A stretch of 32,000 nucleotides of DNA, from the NCBI RefSeq assembly GCF_049243625.1, contig NZ_CP046975.1. One strand, 5' to 3'. How positions within the stretch are numbered: the first letter of the stretch is position 1; every line of letters begins with the position of its first letter. Below, one piece after another: positions 1 through 8,240 of the stretch. The DNA is from Corynebacterium amycolatum. Lineage in GTDB: Bacteria; Actinomycetota; Actinomycetes; Mycobacteriales; Mycobacteriaceae. The notes beneath the pieces are model-generated. The model had not been told where the DNA came from, ran no database searches, and saw only the letters and a list, made by a program, of their open reading frames with translations. The position numbers and the translations under genes were made by a program.

Positions 1-2
1 GT

Positions 3-1055
3 GTGACGTTCGGTTTGGCCATGGACTATCAGGTCTTCCTGGTTTCCCGCATGCGCGAGCATTACACCCACAACAAGGGTGAATCCTCGCCAGAGTCGAA
101 GTACAACGCGGTCGAAGAATCGGTCGTCGAGGGCTTTACTCTCGGCGCTCGTGTGGTCACGGCCGCTGCGATTATTATGATCTCCGTCTTCGCGGCGTTC
201 GCCGGGCAGCCCCTGGCGATTATTAAGGTATTCGGTTTCGCGCTGGGTGCCGCAGTGCTTTTCGACGCCTTCGTTATCCGCATGACGTTCATCCCGGCAG
301 CCATGTTCTTGCTTGGCCGCGCTACGTGGTACATGCCGAAGTGGCTGGACAAGGTGTTGCCTTCTGTGGATGTCGAAGGCTCCGCCCTGGAAGAGGTTTC
401 CGAGGAGCTGGTGGAGAAGGGCCGCCGGGAGCGTATGGCTCGCGGTGAGTCCCTGTTGCCCGAAAGTGAAGGTGCCGGGCGTGGCTTTGGCGACGCTGAC
501 GAGGACGAGGACGAAACAGACAGTGCCGATGGTGAAGTCGGTGCTGGTGCAGAGGGGGCAGCCGCTGCAGCTGGTACAGGGGGTACAGCGGGCGGCACTG
601 CTGTGGCTGTCGCGACCAAGAAGCGTAACCGCTGGATTCCGAAGCGGAAGAAGGCAAAGCTGGAGGAAGTCGAGCAGGCTGACCAGGCTGAGCAGACTGA
701 ACAGGCCGAACAACCTGAGCGCTCCGAGCAGGCCGAACCGTCCGCCCCGACGGCACCAGCTGAGCCTGAGCAGGCCGAACAGCCGGAGCCGACTGAGCAG
801 CCGGAGCAGGCAGAGCCGACCGAACAGCTCATGCAGGCAGCGCCAGCTGAACCAACCGACGCCCAGCCGAACCCGGAAAATGCCAAGGATATCGAGGTCC
901 GTCCGTACTACAGCCCGGCTCGTAAGCGAAAGAAGATTACGGTTGCGGAACTGATGAAGCGCGAAGGACTCGAAGAGGAAGCGCCACGTCGTAGCCGCGC
1001 CGTGTGGGACCCGGAAAACGCTATTCAGCCCGAGGAAAACGACAGCGCTGAGTAA
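3..1055 (+). CDS. MMPL/RND-family membrane transporter, C-terminal fragment (5' end outside the window) with a long acidic Glu/Gln/Pro low-complexity tail
   Basis: The ORF is open from the window edge. The first ~115 aa (MDYQVFLVSRMRE..., hydrophobic helices, WYMPKWLDKVLP) look like the conserved end of MMPL transporters. The last ~200 aa are compositionally biased (EQAEQ/PEQ repeats). Confidence 0.8.
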   Translation: MTFGLAMDYQVFLVSRMREHYTHNKGESSPESKYNAVEESVVEGFTLGARVVTAAAIIMISVFAAFAGQPLAIIKVFGFALGAAVLFDAFVIRMTFIPAAMFLLGRATWYMPKWLDKVLPSVDVEGSALEEVSEELVEKGRRERMARGESLLPESEGAGRGFGDADEDEDETDSADGEVGAGAEGAAAAAGTGGTAGGTAVAVATKKRNRWIPKRKKAKLEEVEQADQAEQTEQAEQPERSEQAEPSAPTAPAEPEQAEQPEPTEQPEQAEPTEQLMQAAPAEPTDAQPNPENAKDIEVRPYYSPARKRKKITVAELMKREGLEEEAPRRSRAVWDPENAIQPEENDSAE

Positions 1056-1116
1056 CTTGCGAATAGTACCCAGGTAACCTCAATGCATTAGCACTGGACC
1101 ACAACCAAGGAGCTTC

Positions 1117-2418
1117 ATGTCGCAGTCGAGGACGACGGGCTTTGACGTCGTAAAGCAAATCGAAGGCGCGCGCGGACGTGCTGGCACCATCCACACCCCG
1201 CATGGCGATATTGCTACGCCGGCGTTCATTCCGGTCGGCACGAAGGCGACCGTGAAGACACTCACGCCCGAGCAGGTGCGATCCACCGGCGCGCAGGCGA
1301 TGCTGTCGAACGCGTACCACCTGTACCTGCAGCCCGGCGAGGAAATCGTCGACCAAGCCGGCGGATTGGCTAAGTTCTCCAACTGGAACGGTCCGACGTT
1401 CACCGACTCCGGTGGATTCCAGGTGCTCAGCCTCGGCGCGGGCTTTAAAAAGACCCTCGCGATGGACGTCACTGGCATGCAGAAAGACGACATCGTCGCC
1501 GAGGGCAAAGAGCGCAACGCGTTCGTCGATGAGGACGGCGTGACTTTCCGCTCGCACATCGATGGCTCCGAGCACCGTTTCACGCCGGAGGTGTCCATGC
1601 GTATTCAGCACGCGCTGGGCGCTGACATCATGATGGCATTTGACGAGCTCACCACGCTCATGAACACCCGCGGCTACCAGGAGGCGTCCGTCGCGCGCAC
1701 GCACCGCTGGGCGCGCCGTTGCCTGGAGGCTCACAACGAGCTGACAGTTTCGCGCGGTCAGGTCGACGGGCACGTCCATTCGCTTGACGACGGCCAGTTG
1801 CCCATCCAGCAGTTATTCGGTGTCGTGCAGGGTGCGCAGTACGAAGACCTGCGCCGCAAGGCCGCCCGCGGGCTGGTCGAGCTCTCCCGCGAGTTCGAGG
1901 ACGCCAGCCAGCTCGGTTTCCACGGCTATGGCATTGGTGGGGCGATTGAGAAGCAGAATCTGGGCCTGATCTGCGGTTGGGTCAATGACGAGCTTCCCGA
2001 CGACCGCGCCCGCCACCTACTGGGAATCTCGGAGCCGGACGATATTTTCGCCGCTGTCGGGGCCGGTGCCGACACCTTTGACTGTGTGGCTCCGACCAGG
2101 CTTGCCCGCCGTGGTGGTGTGTACACGCTCGATGGCCGGATGACCTTGACCAATGCCCGTTTCAAGAACGACTTCCGCCCCGTGGACGCGGAGGTGCCCT
2201 CCTACACGTCGCTGAATTATTCCCGGGCCTACCTGCATCATTTGTTGAAGGCCAAGGAGTATCTGGCCGGCACGCTGTGCACGATTCACAACCTGTTTTT
2301 CATGGTCAAGCTGGTGGAGAACATTCGCGCTGCAATCCTGGAGGACCGGTTCTTCGAGTACCGCGATGAGTTCATGGGCCGCTACTACGCCAATGGCGGC
2401 CGCGCGGTGGGGAATTAG
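1117..2418 (+). CDS. tgt: tRNA-guanine transglycosylase (queuine tRNA-ribosyltransferase)
   Basis: 433-aa ORF. TGT-family sequence throughout (TPAFIPVGTKATVK, NAYHLYLQPG, FTDSGGFQV, MAFDE, LFGVVQG, GYGIGG, LLGISEPDDI, DTFDCVAPTRLAR). Confidence 0.93.
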   Translation: MSQSRTTGFDVVKQIEGARGRAGTIHTPHGDIATPAFIPVGTKATVKTLTPEQVRSTGAQAMLSNAYHLYLQPGEEIVDQAGGLAKFSNWNGPTFTDSGGFQVLSLGAGFKKTLAMDVTGMQKDDIVAEGKERNAFVDEDGVTFRSHIDGSEHRFTPEVSMRIQHALGADIMMAFDELTTLMNTRGYQEASVARTHRWARRCLEAHNELTVSRGQVDGHVHSLDDGQLPIQQLFGVVQGAQYEDLRRKAARGLVELSREFEDASQLGFHGYGIGGAIEKQNLGLICGWVNDELPDDRARHLLGISEPDDIFAAVGAGADTFDCVAPTRLARRGGVYTLDGRMTLTNARFKNDFRPVDAEVPSYTSLNYSRAYLHHLLKAKEYLAGTLCTIHNLFFMVKLVENIRAAILEDRFFEYRDEFMGRYYANGGRAVGN

Positions 2419-2458
2419 CGGCTGAGGACTGGGGTGGGGCTAGACTTCTAGCTTTTCG

Positions 2459-2530
2459 CACTTCACGACAGCCATGTCACCTCGTGCCAGCTGTGGAGGT
2501 GGCATGAGGTGACACCCGTGTCGTGAAGTG
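2459..2530. repeat. Long imperfect inverted repeat (hairpin) downstream of tgt
   Basis: CACTTCACGACA-gccat-GTCACCTC (2459-2483) pairs with GAGGTGAC-acccg-TGTCGTGAAGTG (2506-2530), giving 12+8 bp of complementarity. The outer arms resemble the GCTTGACGACG motif with two mismatches. No U-run follows. Confidence 0.6.
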
Positions 2531-2597
2531 GAACTTGGGCCCGGGGACCTCAAAACTAGACCTAGCTCTACTGCGCGAGGCAGTCTCAACCGGCATC

Positions 2598-3560
2598 ATG
2601 GAGGGCATGATCACGGTTGAACGACTCAGCAAGAAGTACGGCTCGAAATTAGCCGTCGATGACCTGTCCTTCACCGTTCCCGACGGTGTAGTGACAGGTT
2701 TTCTCGGCCCAAACGGCTCCGGCAAGTCCACCACCATGCGCTGCATGCTGGGCCTCGATGCCCCGACCACGGGCCAGGCCTTGTTCACCGGGACGGATTC
2801 ACAGGGCAACACCTACAGCAACCAGCCCTTTTCCACGCTGAAGAATAAGCCCAGCGTCGCGGGCGCAATCCTGGATGCGACGTGGCACAACAAGGCTCGT
2901 TCGGGTCGTGCTCATCTGCGGGCCCTCGCCCGCGGCGCCGGCATCCCCGACACCCGTGTGGAGGAGTGCCTCGAGCAGGTCGGTATGACCGAGGCGGCGA
3001 AGGACAAGGTCGGCGGCTATTCGCTGGGTATGAAGCAGCGTCTGGGAGTGGCGGCGGCTCTGCTCGGCAAGCCGCAGCATCTGATCTTGGATGAGCCGGT
3101 CAACGGCTTGGACCCGGAAGGCGTCTCGTGGATGCGCCACACCATCAAGGCCCTGGCAGCACAGGGCTGCGCTGTTCTCGTGTCGTCGCACCTCCTTTCC
3201 GAGATGCAGCTCACCGCCGACCGCATTGTCGTCATCGGTCGCGGCCGCATGATCGGCGAGTACACCATGGACGAATTCCTCGCCGACGGCACGGTCGTCG
3301 AAGTTGAGGTCGATGATCCGGCTCGGCTGCTGCAGGCGTTGGGGCCGGTGGCGCGTGGGGTTGACGTCGATAAGCAATTGCGCATTCCGCTTTACGACGG
3401 CATCAGCGAGCAGCAACTCCGCCGCGACATTGCGGCTGCTGCCCTGCGTGAGGGGCTGCTGGTGACGCGGTTGAACACGAAGCGCGACAACCTAGAGGAA
3501 AAGTTCCTGGCTGCGACCCAGGAATCGCAGGAGTACCGCGCGCAGGCGATTGGGCAGTAG
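2598..3560 (+). CDS. ABC transporter ATP-binding protein (ABC-2/DrrA-like exporter type)
   Basis: Walker A GPNGSGKST, signature YSLGMKQRL, Walker B LILDEP. I moved the start to ATG 2598 (MEGMITVERLSKKYG) because the track start at 2523 lies inside the upstream hairpin. ATG 2607 is also possible. Confidence 0.88.
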   Translation: MEGMITVERLSKKYGSKLAVDDLSFTVPDGVVTGFLGPNGSGKSTTMRCMLGLDAPTTGQALFTGTDSQGNTYSNQPFSTLKNKPSVAGAILDATWHNKARSGRAHLRALARGAGIPDTRVEECLEQVGMTEAAKDKVGGYSLGMKQRLGVAAALLGKPQHLILDEPVNGLDPEGVSWMRHTIKALAAQGCAVLVSSHLLSEMQLTADRIVVIGRGRMIGEYTMDEFLADGTVVEVEVDDPARLLQALGPVARGVDVDKQLRIPLYDGISEQQLRRDIAAAALREGLLVTRLNTKRDNLEEKFLAATQESQEYRAQAIGQ

Positions 3561-3573
3561 GGGAGTGACTGAG

Positions 3574-4353
3574 ATGAGTTTTGGAAACGCTTTGCGGTCG
3601 GAATGGATGAAGCTAGCCAGCCTGCGCGGTACGTGGGTGTATGTGGTGCTGTTGGTCGGCTCGATAGCTGGGCCGATGGTGGCTTTCAGCATGGCGGCCG
3701 ACGTTGGTGCGACAGCTGATTGGGAATTGCTGCTGTTGGGGACGGTGATCTTCAACATGATTGTGGTTGCCTTTGGCGGCTCCACCCTGGCGGGTGAGTA
3801 CAACGATCAGATGAATGCGCATGCGTTCTTGACGCAGGATCGAAGGAGTTTGTGGCTGGCCGCGCGGATGACGCTGACGCTTGTGTTGATTGCTGCCTGT
3901 TGGGTCATCGGTGTAGCTATTGCCTGGTTGGCAGTGACAGTTTCGCCGCGCGTGGAGTTCGAGGGCGGTGACGCTGCCACGGACATGCTCGCCGGAGTGC
4001 TTGGCTTTGTCGTGTTTGGGCTGATCGCGATGTCGCTGGGAGTATTGACTCGCTCGCGCGTGGCCGCTGTCGCCATCCCGCTGGTGTGGATTCTCGTGGT
4101 GGAAAGCATGCTGGAGTTCGCGGCGCTGGCGTATGCGATTTTCCGGCCACTGTGGCTGGTCACGCCGGGGGCGCGCATTCAGCAGTTGTCAACGCAGCTG
4201 GGAGGTCTGATGGCAAACCCGGAGAATCCACGTCTCGGGTTTGAGGCTGGCATGACGCAGCCGATGTGGTTCAACATCGTGGTGCTGGTGGCCTGGATCG
4301 TTGTGGCTGTTGGCATTGCTCATTGGGCCAATGCCAAACGGGATGTGAAGTAG
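3574..4353 (+). CDS. ABC-2 type transporter permease
   Basis: Multi-pass hydrophobic protein directly after the ATPase. GGGAG lies upstream of ATG 3574. The track start at 3550 overlaps the ATPase stop. Confidence 0.72.
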   Translation: MSFGNALRSEWMKLASLRGTWVYVVLLVGSIAGPMVAFSMAADVGATADWELLLLGTVIFNMIVVAFGGSTLAGEYNDQMNAHAFLTQDRRSLWLAARMTLTLVLIAACWVIGVAIAWLAVTVSPRVEFEGGDAATDMLAGVLGFVVFGLIAMSLGVLTRSRVAAVAIPLVWILVVESMLEFAALAYAIFRPLWLVTPGARIQQLSTQLGGLMANPENPRLGFEAGMTQPMWFNIVVLVAWIVVAVGIAHWANAKRDVK

Positions 4354-4363
4354 AAAAACAAAA

Positions 4364-4409
4364 AGTGCCGCGACTACTCGCATCTCAGGCGAGGTCGCGG
4401 CACTTTTTT
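4364..4409. terminator. Bidirectional intrinsic terminator between the convergent permease and yhhQ genes
   Basis: AGTGCCGCGAC (4364-4374) pairs with GTCGCGGCACT (4394-4404). There is an inner CTCGC/GCGAG stem, an A-run upstream and a T-run downstream. Confidence 0.8.
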
Positions 4410-4414
4410 CGTCG

Positions 4415-5191
4415 TTAAGCGGGAACGTGAGTGTCGTAGTAGCCTTCGCGGCGCTTGACCCACGCGATGACGGCGTAGGTGATTGGCATGACTACGATTT
4501 CGACCGCGGTCTTCCAAATGAAGCCGACGATGACGTAGTTGATGAAGGTGCCCCAGGTGTCGATGCCGATTGCGGTGGCGGCGATGGAGCAGAAGATGAG
4601 CGTATCGACGAACTCACCAACCACAGTCGAGCCCATCAGGCGCGCCCAGAGCGCCTTTTCGCCAGTGCGCTTCTTAATGGCGTTGAGCGACCAGGCGTTG
4701 AGCAGCTGACCGACGACATAACCGGCCAGACCTGCGAGAACAAGCTGCGGGACGGTGCCCAGCACAGTGGCGAATGCTTCCTGATTTTCATACCACGGTG
4801 CCGCTGGGAGCTTGATGGCGGCAAAGAAGCAGAGCATTGCGCCGGCGAGAATGGCAAACCCGGTCCACACGGTGCGGCGGGTGGCTTTGTAGCCGTAGCA
4901 CTCGGAAAGCACGTCGCCGATGACGTAGCTCAAGGGGAAGAGGAAGAAGGCACCGTCGGTGGCCAGGCCGAAGATTTCCACGCCCTTGGTGGCGGTGATG
5001 TTGGAGACAATCAGCACGCCGATGAAAATAGCCGTGAACATCGGGTACAGCGATTTCGGTACCGGGATGTGGCGTGGCGTGTGTGCTGCGGATTCGGACT
5101 TAGTTGCGTTCTCGGGCGCGTGCGAGGTGCTCACAGCGGCAGCCTCGGCGTTGCCCGGCCCAGACTTGGGCAGGTTTTCGTTATTTGTCAC
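4415..5191 (-). CDS. yhhQ: Queuosine-precursor transporter (YhhQ/VUT, DUF165 family)
   Basis: 258-aa multi-pass membrane protein. The family-typical stretch is FLFPLSYVIGDVLSECYGYKATRRTVW. GTG start. Confidence 0.82.
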   Translation of the reverse strand: MTNNENLPKSGPGNAEAAAVSTSHAPENATKSESAAHTPRHIPVPKSLYPMFTAIFIGVLIVSNITATKGVEIFGLATDGAFFLFPLSYVIGDVLSECYGYKATRRTVWTGFAILAGAMLCFFAAIKLPAAPWYENQEAFATVLGTVPQLVLAGLAGYVVGQLLNAWSLNAIKKRTGEKALWARLMGSTVVGEFVDTLIFCSIAATAIGIDTWGTFINYVIVGFIWKTAVEIVVMPITYAVIAWVKRREGYYDTHVPA

Positions 5192-5305
5192 GGGAGGGAA
5201 TGTTACCTGCCGCTTAGGGCTCCAAGCGAGTGCCGATGAAGTCTTCGAGGTTGAATTTTCTAGCGAGAGCCGAAATCTCCGGGAGTCCAGTCTCTCTGCT
5301 AACCG

Positions 5306-5581
5306 CTAGGGCTTCTTCTCATCGTTAATATTTTTCATACGAATGCTGCAAATAAATAGTGCAATGCAGCTAACGAGGAGAGCAACTAGAGAGATTTCAG
5401 AATAGAGCAATGCCCTGTCGGCCTTTGCGGTGACAGCGGTTGCGCTCATGTGAGCAGTTTGCTGAGCAAGCTGCCCCAGCGTATACATGCCATTTGCGAT
5501 ACCTAGTATGCAAATAATGCTTACCGCTATTCCTGCAACGGAAATGAACTGTAGTGACTTTAATTGTAAATGTGGTGACAT
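5306..5581 (-). CDS. Hypothetical small membrane protein (two hydrophobic helices) in a lower-GC islet
   Basis: 91-aa ORF with an ATG start preceded by GAGGTG. No family recognised. Confidence 0.5.
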   Translation of the reverse strand: MSPHLQLKSLQFISVAGIAVSIICILGIANGMYTLGQLAQQTAHMSATAVTAKADRALLYSEISLVALLVSCIALFICSIRMKNINDEKKP

Positions 5582-6020
5582 TGCTCACCTCGGAAAGATC
5601 CGCTTACGAAAAGGCGGGCGCACATCATTCCAGGTTGGATATCAACGTTTTTTAGCGGTGCAAGTCCGTTGTTCCCTGGTTGAGTAATGCGTCAGCGTTA
5701 TGTGGGCTTGCGGAGGCTGTTCCTGGATGCATTGCGCAAAGAGATGTGACGGTAGCGCTTGCAGCCAGAATTAATGATGTGAATTTACGATGGGTTATGT
5801 TTTTCCTTTTTGGTCATTATTGAGTGTCCTCAAATATGTTTGATCGGCTGGCATGGGAAAATTATAACAAAATAATTAATGCCCTATGGGGAGGTAATTG
5901 CGTTATTTTGGCAACCGTCTAATCTGGGGGTAGCCGATAGTCAATAAATAAGATTGTATGAATTTTAATTGGATGAAGGGATTGTCGCATTTCTTCTAGT
6001 CGGCTCGCTAATCTGTAATA

Positions 6021-6995
6021 GTGGCCAATTCAAAGCAAGCGATAACCGTCAACAGTTCAAAGCTCCTACCTCCCACCGGCCGCTACGCCCCATCGCCGAC
6101 CGGTCGGCTGCACCTGGGAAACCTGCGCACCGCAGTGTTGGCCTGGGCGCACGCCCGTGCGCAGGGTGGCCGCTTCATCGTGCGTATCGAAGATATCGAC
6201 CGCCAGCGCTCCCGCCCCGAGTATGAGGCGCAGCAGCTCGCCGATCTGGAGGCCATCGGCATCAACTGGGATGGCACCCCGGTCCGCCAGTCAGAACGCT
6301 CTGACCTGTATGAATCCGCGCTCGCCGACCTCACGCAACGCGGCCTGACTTATCCCTGCTTCTGCACGCGCCGCGAAATCCTCGCCGCCTCCTCCGCGCC
6401 CCATGGCGTGCCAGGTCAGTATCCCGGTACGTGCCGTTCGCTTGACGACGAGCACCTCGCCGCGAAAAAAGCCGAATTTGCGGCGGCGGGGAGAAGGCCG
6501 TCGATACGCCTGAAATCGCAGGTGCGTGAGGGGACTGCGACCGATGAGCTGCATGGCGAGATTACCGCCCCGATCGATGACTTTGTCCTTCAGCGTGCCG
6601 ATGACATGTGGGCCTACAACCTTGCGGTCGTCGTCGATGATGCCGAGCAGGGTGTCACTGAAGTCGTGCGTGGTGATGACCTGATGTCCTCGGCTCCGCG
6701 GCAGGCTTACTTGGCTGGTCTTTTGGGGTATGCGGCGCCTTCGTTCGTGCACGTACCACTGGTGGTGAACTCGGAGGGGCGCCGGTTGTCCAAGCGTGAT
6801 GGTGACGTGACTCTCGGCGAGGTACCCGTGGGTGCAGCGCAGCGGTGGATTCTGGATTCGCTCGGTGGCGGTAACGGCAGTGATGGTGGCGATGGTAGCG
6901 ATGGTGGCGCGAGCGCAGAGCTCGACTCCATTGCCGACCTCCCTGAAGCCCTGCGTGCGGGTCTGGAAATTCCTCGCGGACAGGTGATTTTCTAG
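6021..6995 (+). CDS. gluQ: tRNA glutamyl-Q(34) synthetase (GluQRS, truncated GluRS paralogue)
   Basis: Class-I aaRS core: RYAPSPTGRLHLGNLRTAV (HIGH-type), FIVRIEDID, VVDD, LSKRDG (KMSKS-type). At 324 aa it lacks an anticodon-binding domain. The C-terminal region carries a GSDGGDGSDGG repeat. Confidence 0.9.
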   Translation: MANSKQAITVNSSKLLPPTGRYAPSPTGRLHLGNLRTAVLAWAHARAQGGRFIVRIEDIDRQRSRPEYEAQQLADLEAIGINWDGTPVRQSERSDLYESALADLTQRGLTYPCFCTRREILAASSAPHGVPGQYPGTCRSLDDEHLAAKKAEFAAAGRRPSIRLKSQVREGTATDELHGEITAPIDDFVLQRADDMWAYNLAVVVDDAEQGVTEVVRGDDLMSSAPRQAYLAGLLGYAAPSFVHVPLVVNSEGRRLSKRDGDVTLGEVPVGAAQRWILDSLGGGNGSDGGDGSDGGASAELDSIADLPEALRAGLEIPRGQVIF

Positions 6996-7249
6996 GGCCC
7001 GCCGAGAACTACGGCAAGCGCATACGTTAGGGGCAAGAGTGCGAATGCAACTAGTGCCGCCACGATTGTCAAACCGTTTGATCGGGCCTTCAGTGCTGCA
7101 AGAAAGCTAACCAGACCGAATCCGAAGACTCCGGCAGCGAGGGGTATTGTCCAGAAATTGGAGAGTGCAGTGCTGACGAAAAACAGTCCAATGTAGCAAG
7201 CCAAGGCTAGGAAGAGTGCGGCAGCGGCGAAGTTTCGGTAGCGATTCAT
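6992..7249 (-). CDS. Hypothetical small membrane protein
   Basis: 85 aa, almost entirely hydrophobic helices. It lies 10 nt downstream of the 7260-7607 gene on the same strand. Its stop overlaps the gluQ stop in a CTAG. Confidence 0.5.
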   Translation of the reverse strand: MNRYRNFAAAALFLALACYIGLFFVSTALSNFWTIPLAAGVFGFGLVSFLAALKARSNGLTIVAALVAFALLPLTYALAVVLGGP

Positions 7250-7259
7250 GATGCGGGGC

Positions 7260-7607
7260 CTAGGGCTCTGCTAGAGGATCTTTGCCGCCTAATTTCATTT
7301 CGAAGCTCTTGTAATCCTCGAGGGAAGCGAAGTGGCGAGAATAGATGTCGATGTCTGTATCGACGCGACCGTAAAGAGCGGGGGCGACATCTACGATGTG
7401 GCGCAACGTGACAGATCCGCCCGAGTGGGAAGACTCTTCTGGGGTTAATTCATTTTCGCGGGCTAGTGCTTCGACCTGTGCGTATGCGGCACTATCAGAA
7501 TCGGCATAGACAATGTATAAGTCCTCACGGAAGAAGCTCCCATTCACTGAGGTTGAATCTCTTTGCTTTATTAACTCAAAAACTGCAATTCCGATGTATG
7601 GTTCCAT
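7260..7607 (-). CDS. Hypothetical protein (possibly DUF4288-like; weak call)
   Basis: 115-aa ORF in lower-GC sequence. The composition looks like a real protein. The family assignment is only an impression from the N-terminal YIGIAVFELI pattern. Confidence 0.5.
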   Translation of the reverse strand: MEPYIGIAVFELIKQRDSTSVNGSFFREDLYIVYADSDSAAYAQVEALARENELTPEESSHSGGSVTLRHIVDVAPALYGRVDTDIDIYSRHFASLEDYKSFEMKLGGKDPLAEP

Positions 7608-7749
7608 CTAATTTTCCGTTCTTCGAATTCCGCCTAGTTCAGTACGAATTTGAGGCTTTCTTGTTGGATGCCACCACTACTCGAATTGATACACATTGGA
7701 TTGTTGCTGAAACCTATGCTTACCCTACTACTTCGTTACCCTCGGGGAT

Positions 7750-8202
7750 ATGCCTACTCTTCTTGTCGTCCACCATTCCCCAACCCCGCTCCTGCAGGAA
7801 GTCTTAAGCCACGTGCTCGAGGGCGCCAACGATCCCGCGCTAGAGGGCGTGGATGTCAAGGTCGTCGAGGCTCTCGATGCCACCATCGACGACCTGACCA
7901 GCGCCGACGCCATCCTGCTCGGCACCTCCGCCAACTTCGGCTACATCTCCGGCGCGCTCAAGCACTTCTTTGACACCACCTTCCGGGAGGCTCAGGAAGT
8001 CACCAAGGGTTTGCCATTTTCCTACTGGATCCGCGGTGGCTTCGACACCACCGGCGCGGAAAATGCCATGAAAACCATCACGACCGGCTACAAGTGGGAG
8101 CTTGCGGCCGAACCCGTCGTGTTTGTCGGTTCGCTTGACGACGACATCTCCGACCGCCTAGTAAATCTCGGTGGCACCATGGCTGCCCAAATTTTGGGCT
8201 GA
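7750..8202 (+). CDS. Flavodoxin-like fold protein (NAD(P)H-dependent oxidoreductase family)
   Basis: 150 aa. Flavodoxin-like layout: LLVVHHSPTP, ILLGTSANFGYISGALKHFFD. Confidence 0.75.
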   Translation: MPTLLVVHHSPTPLLQEVLSHVLEGANDPALEGVDVKVVEALDATIDDLTSADAILLGTSANFGYISGALKHFFDTTFREAQEVTKGLPFSYWIRGGFDTTGAENAMKTITTGYKWELAAEPVVFVGSLDDDISDRLVNLGGTMAAQILG

Positions 8203-8240
8203 TTGAAGATTTAGTGTCGGGGCCGTGAAATAATGGCCAG

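Noticed and set aside
2523-2597. Track start of the ABC ATPase at 2523.
   Set aside because: GTG 2523 lies inside the right arm of the 2459-2530 hairpin, and the extra 25 aa are not ATPase-like. ATG 2598 places the Walker A at the usual distance.
5192-5305. preQ1 riboswitch expected upstream of the yhhQ-type transporter.
   Set aside because: The minus-strand leader (…GGACUCCCGGAGAUUUCGGCUCUCGCUAGAAAAUUCAACCUCG…) has a small stem and an A-rich tail. However, I could not fit the preQ1-I consensus (short P1, conserved C, A-rich tail pairing over the RBS), and it sits about 70 nt from the start. A covariance-model search would settle it.
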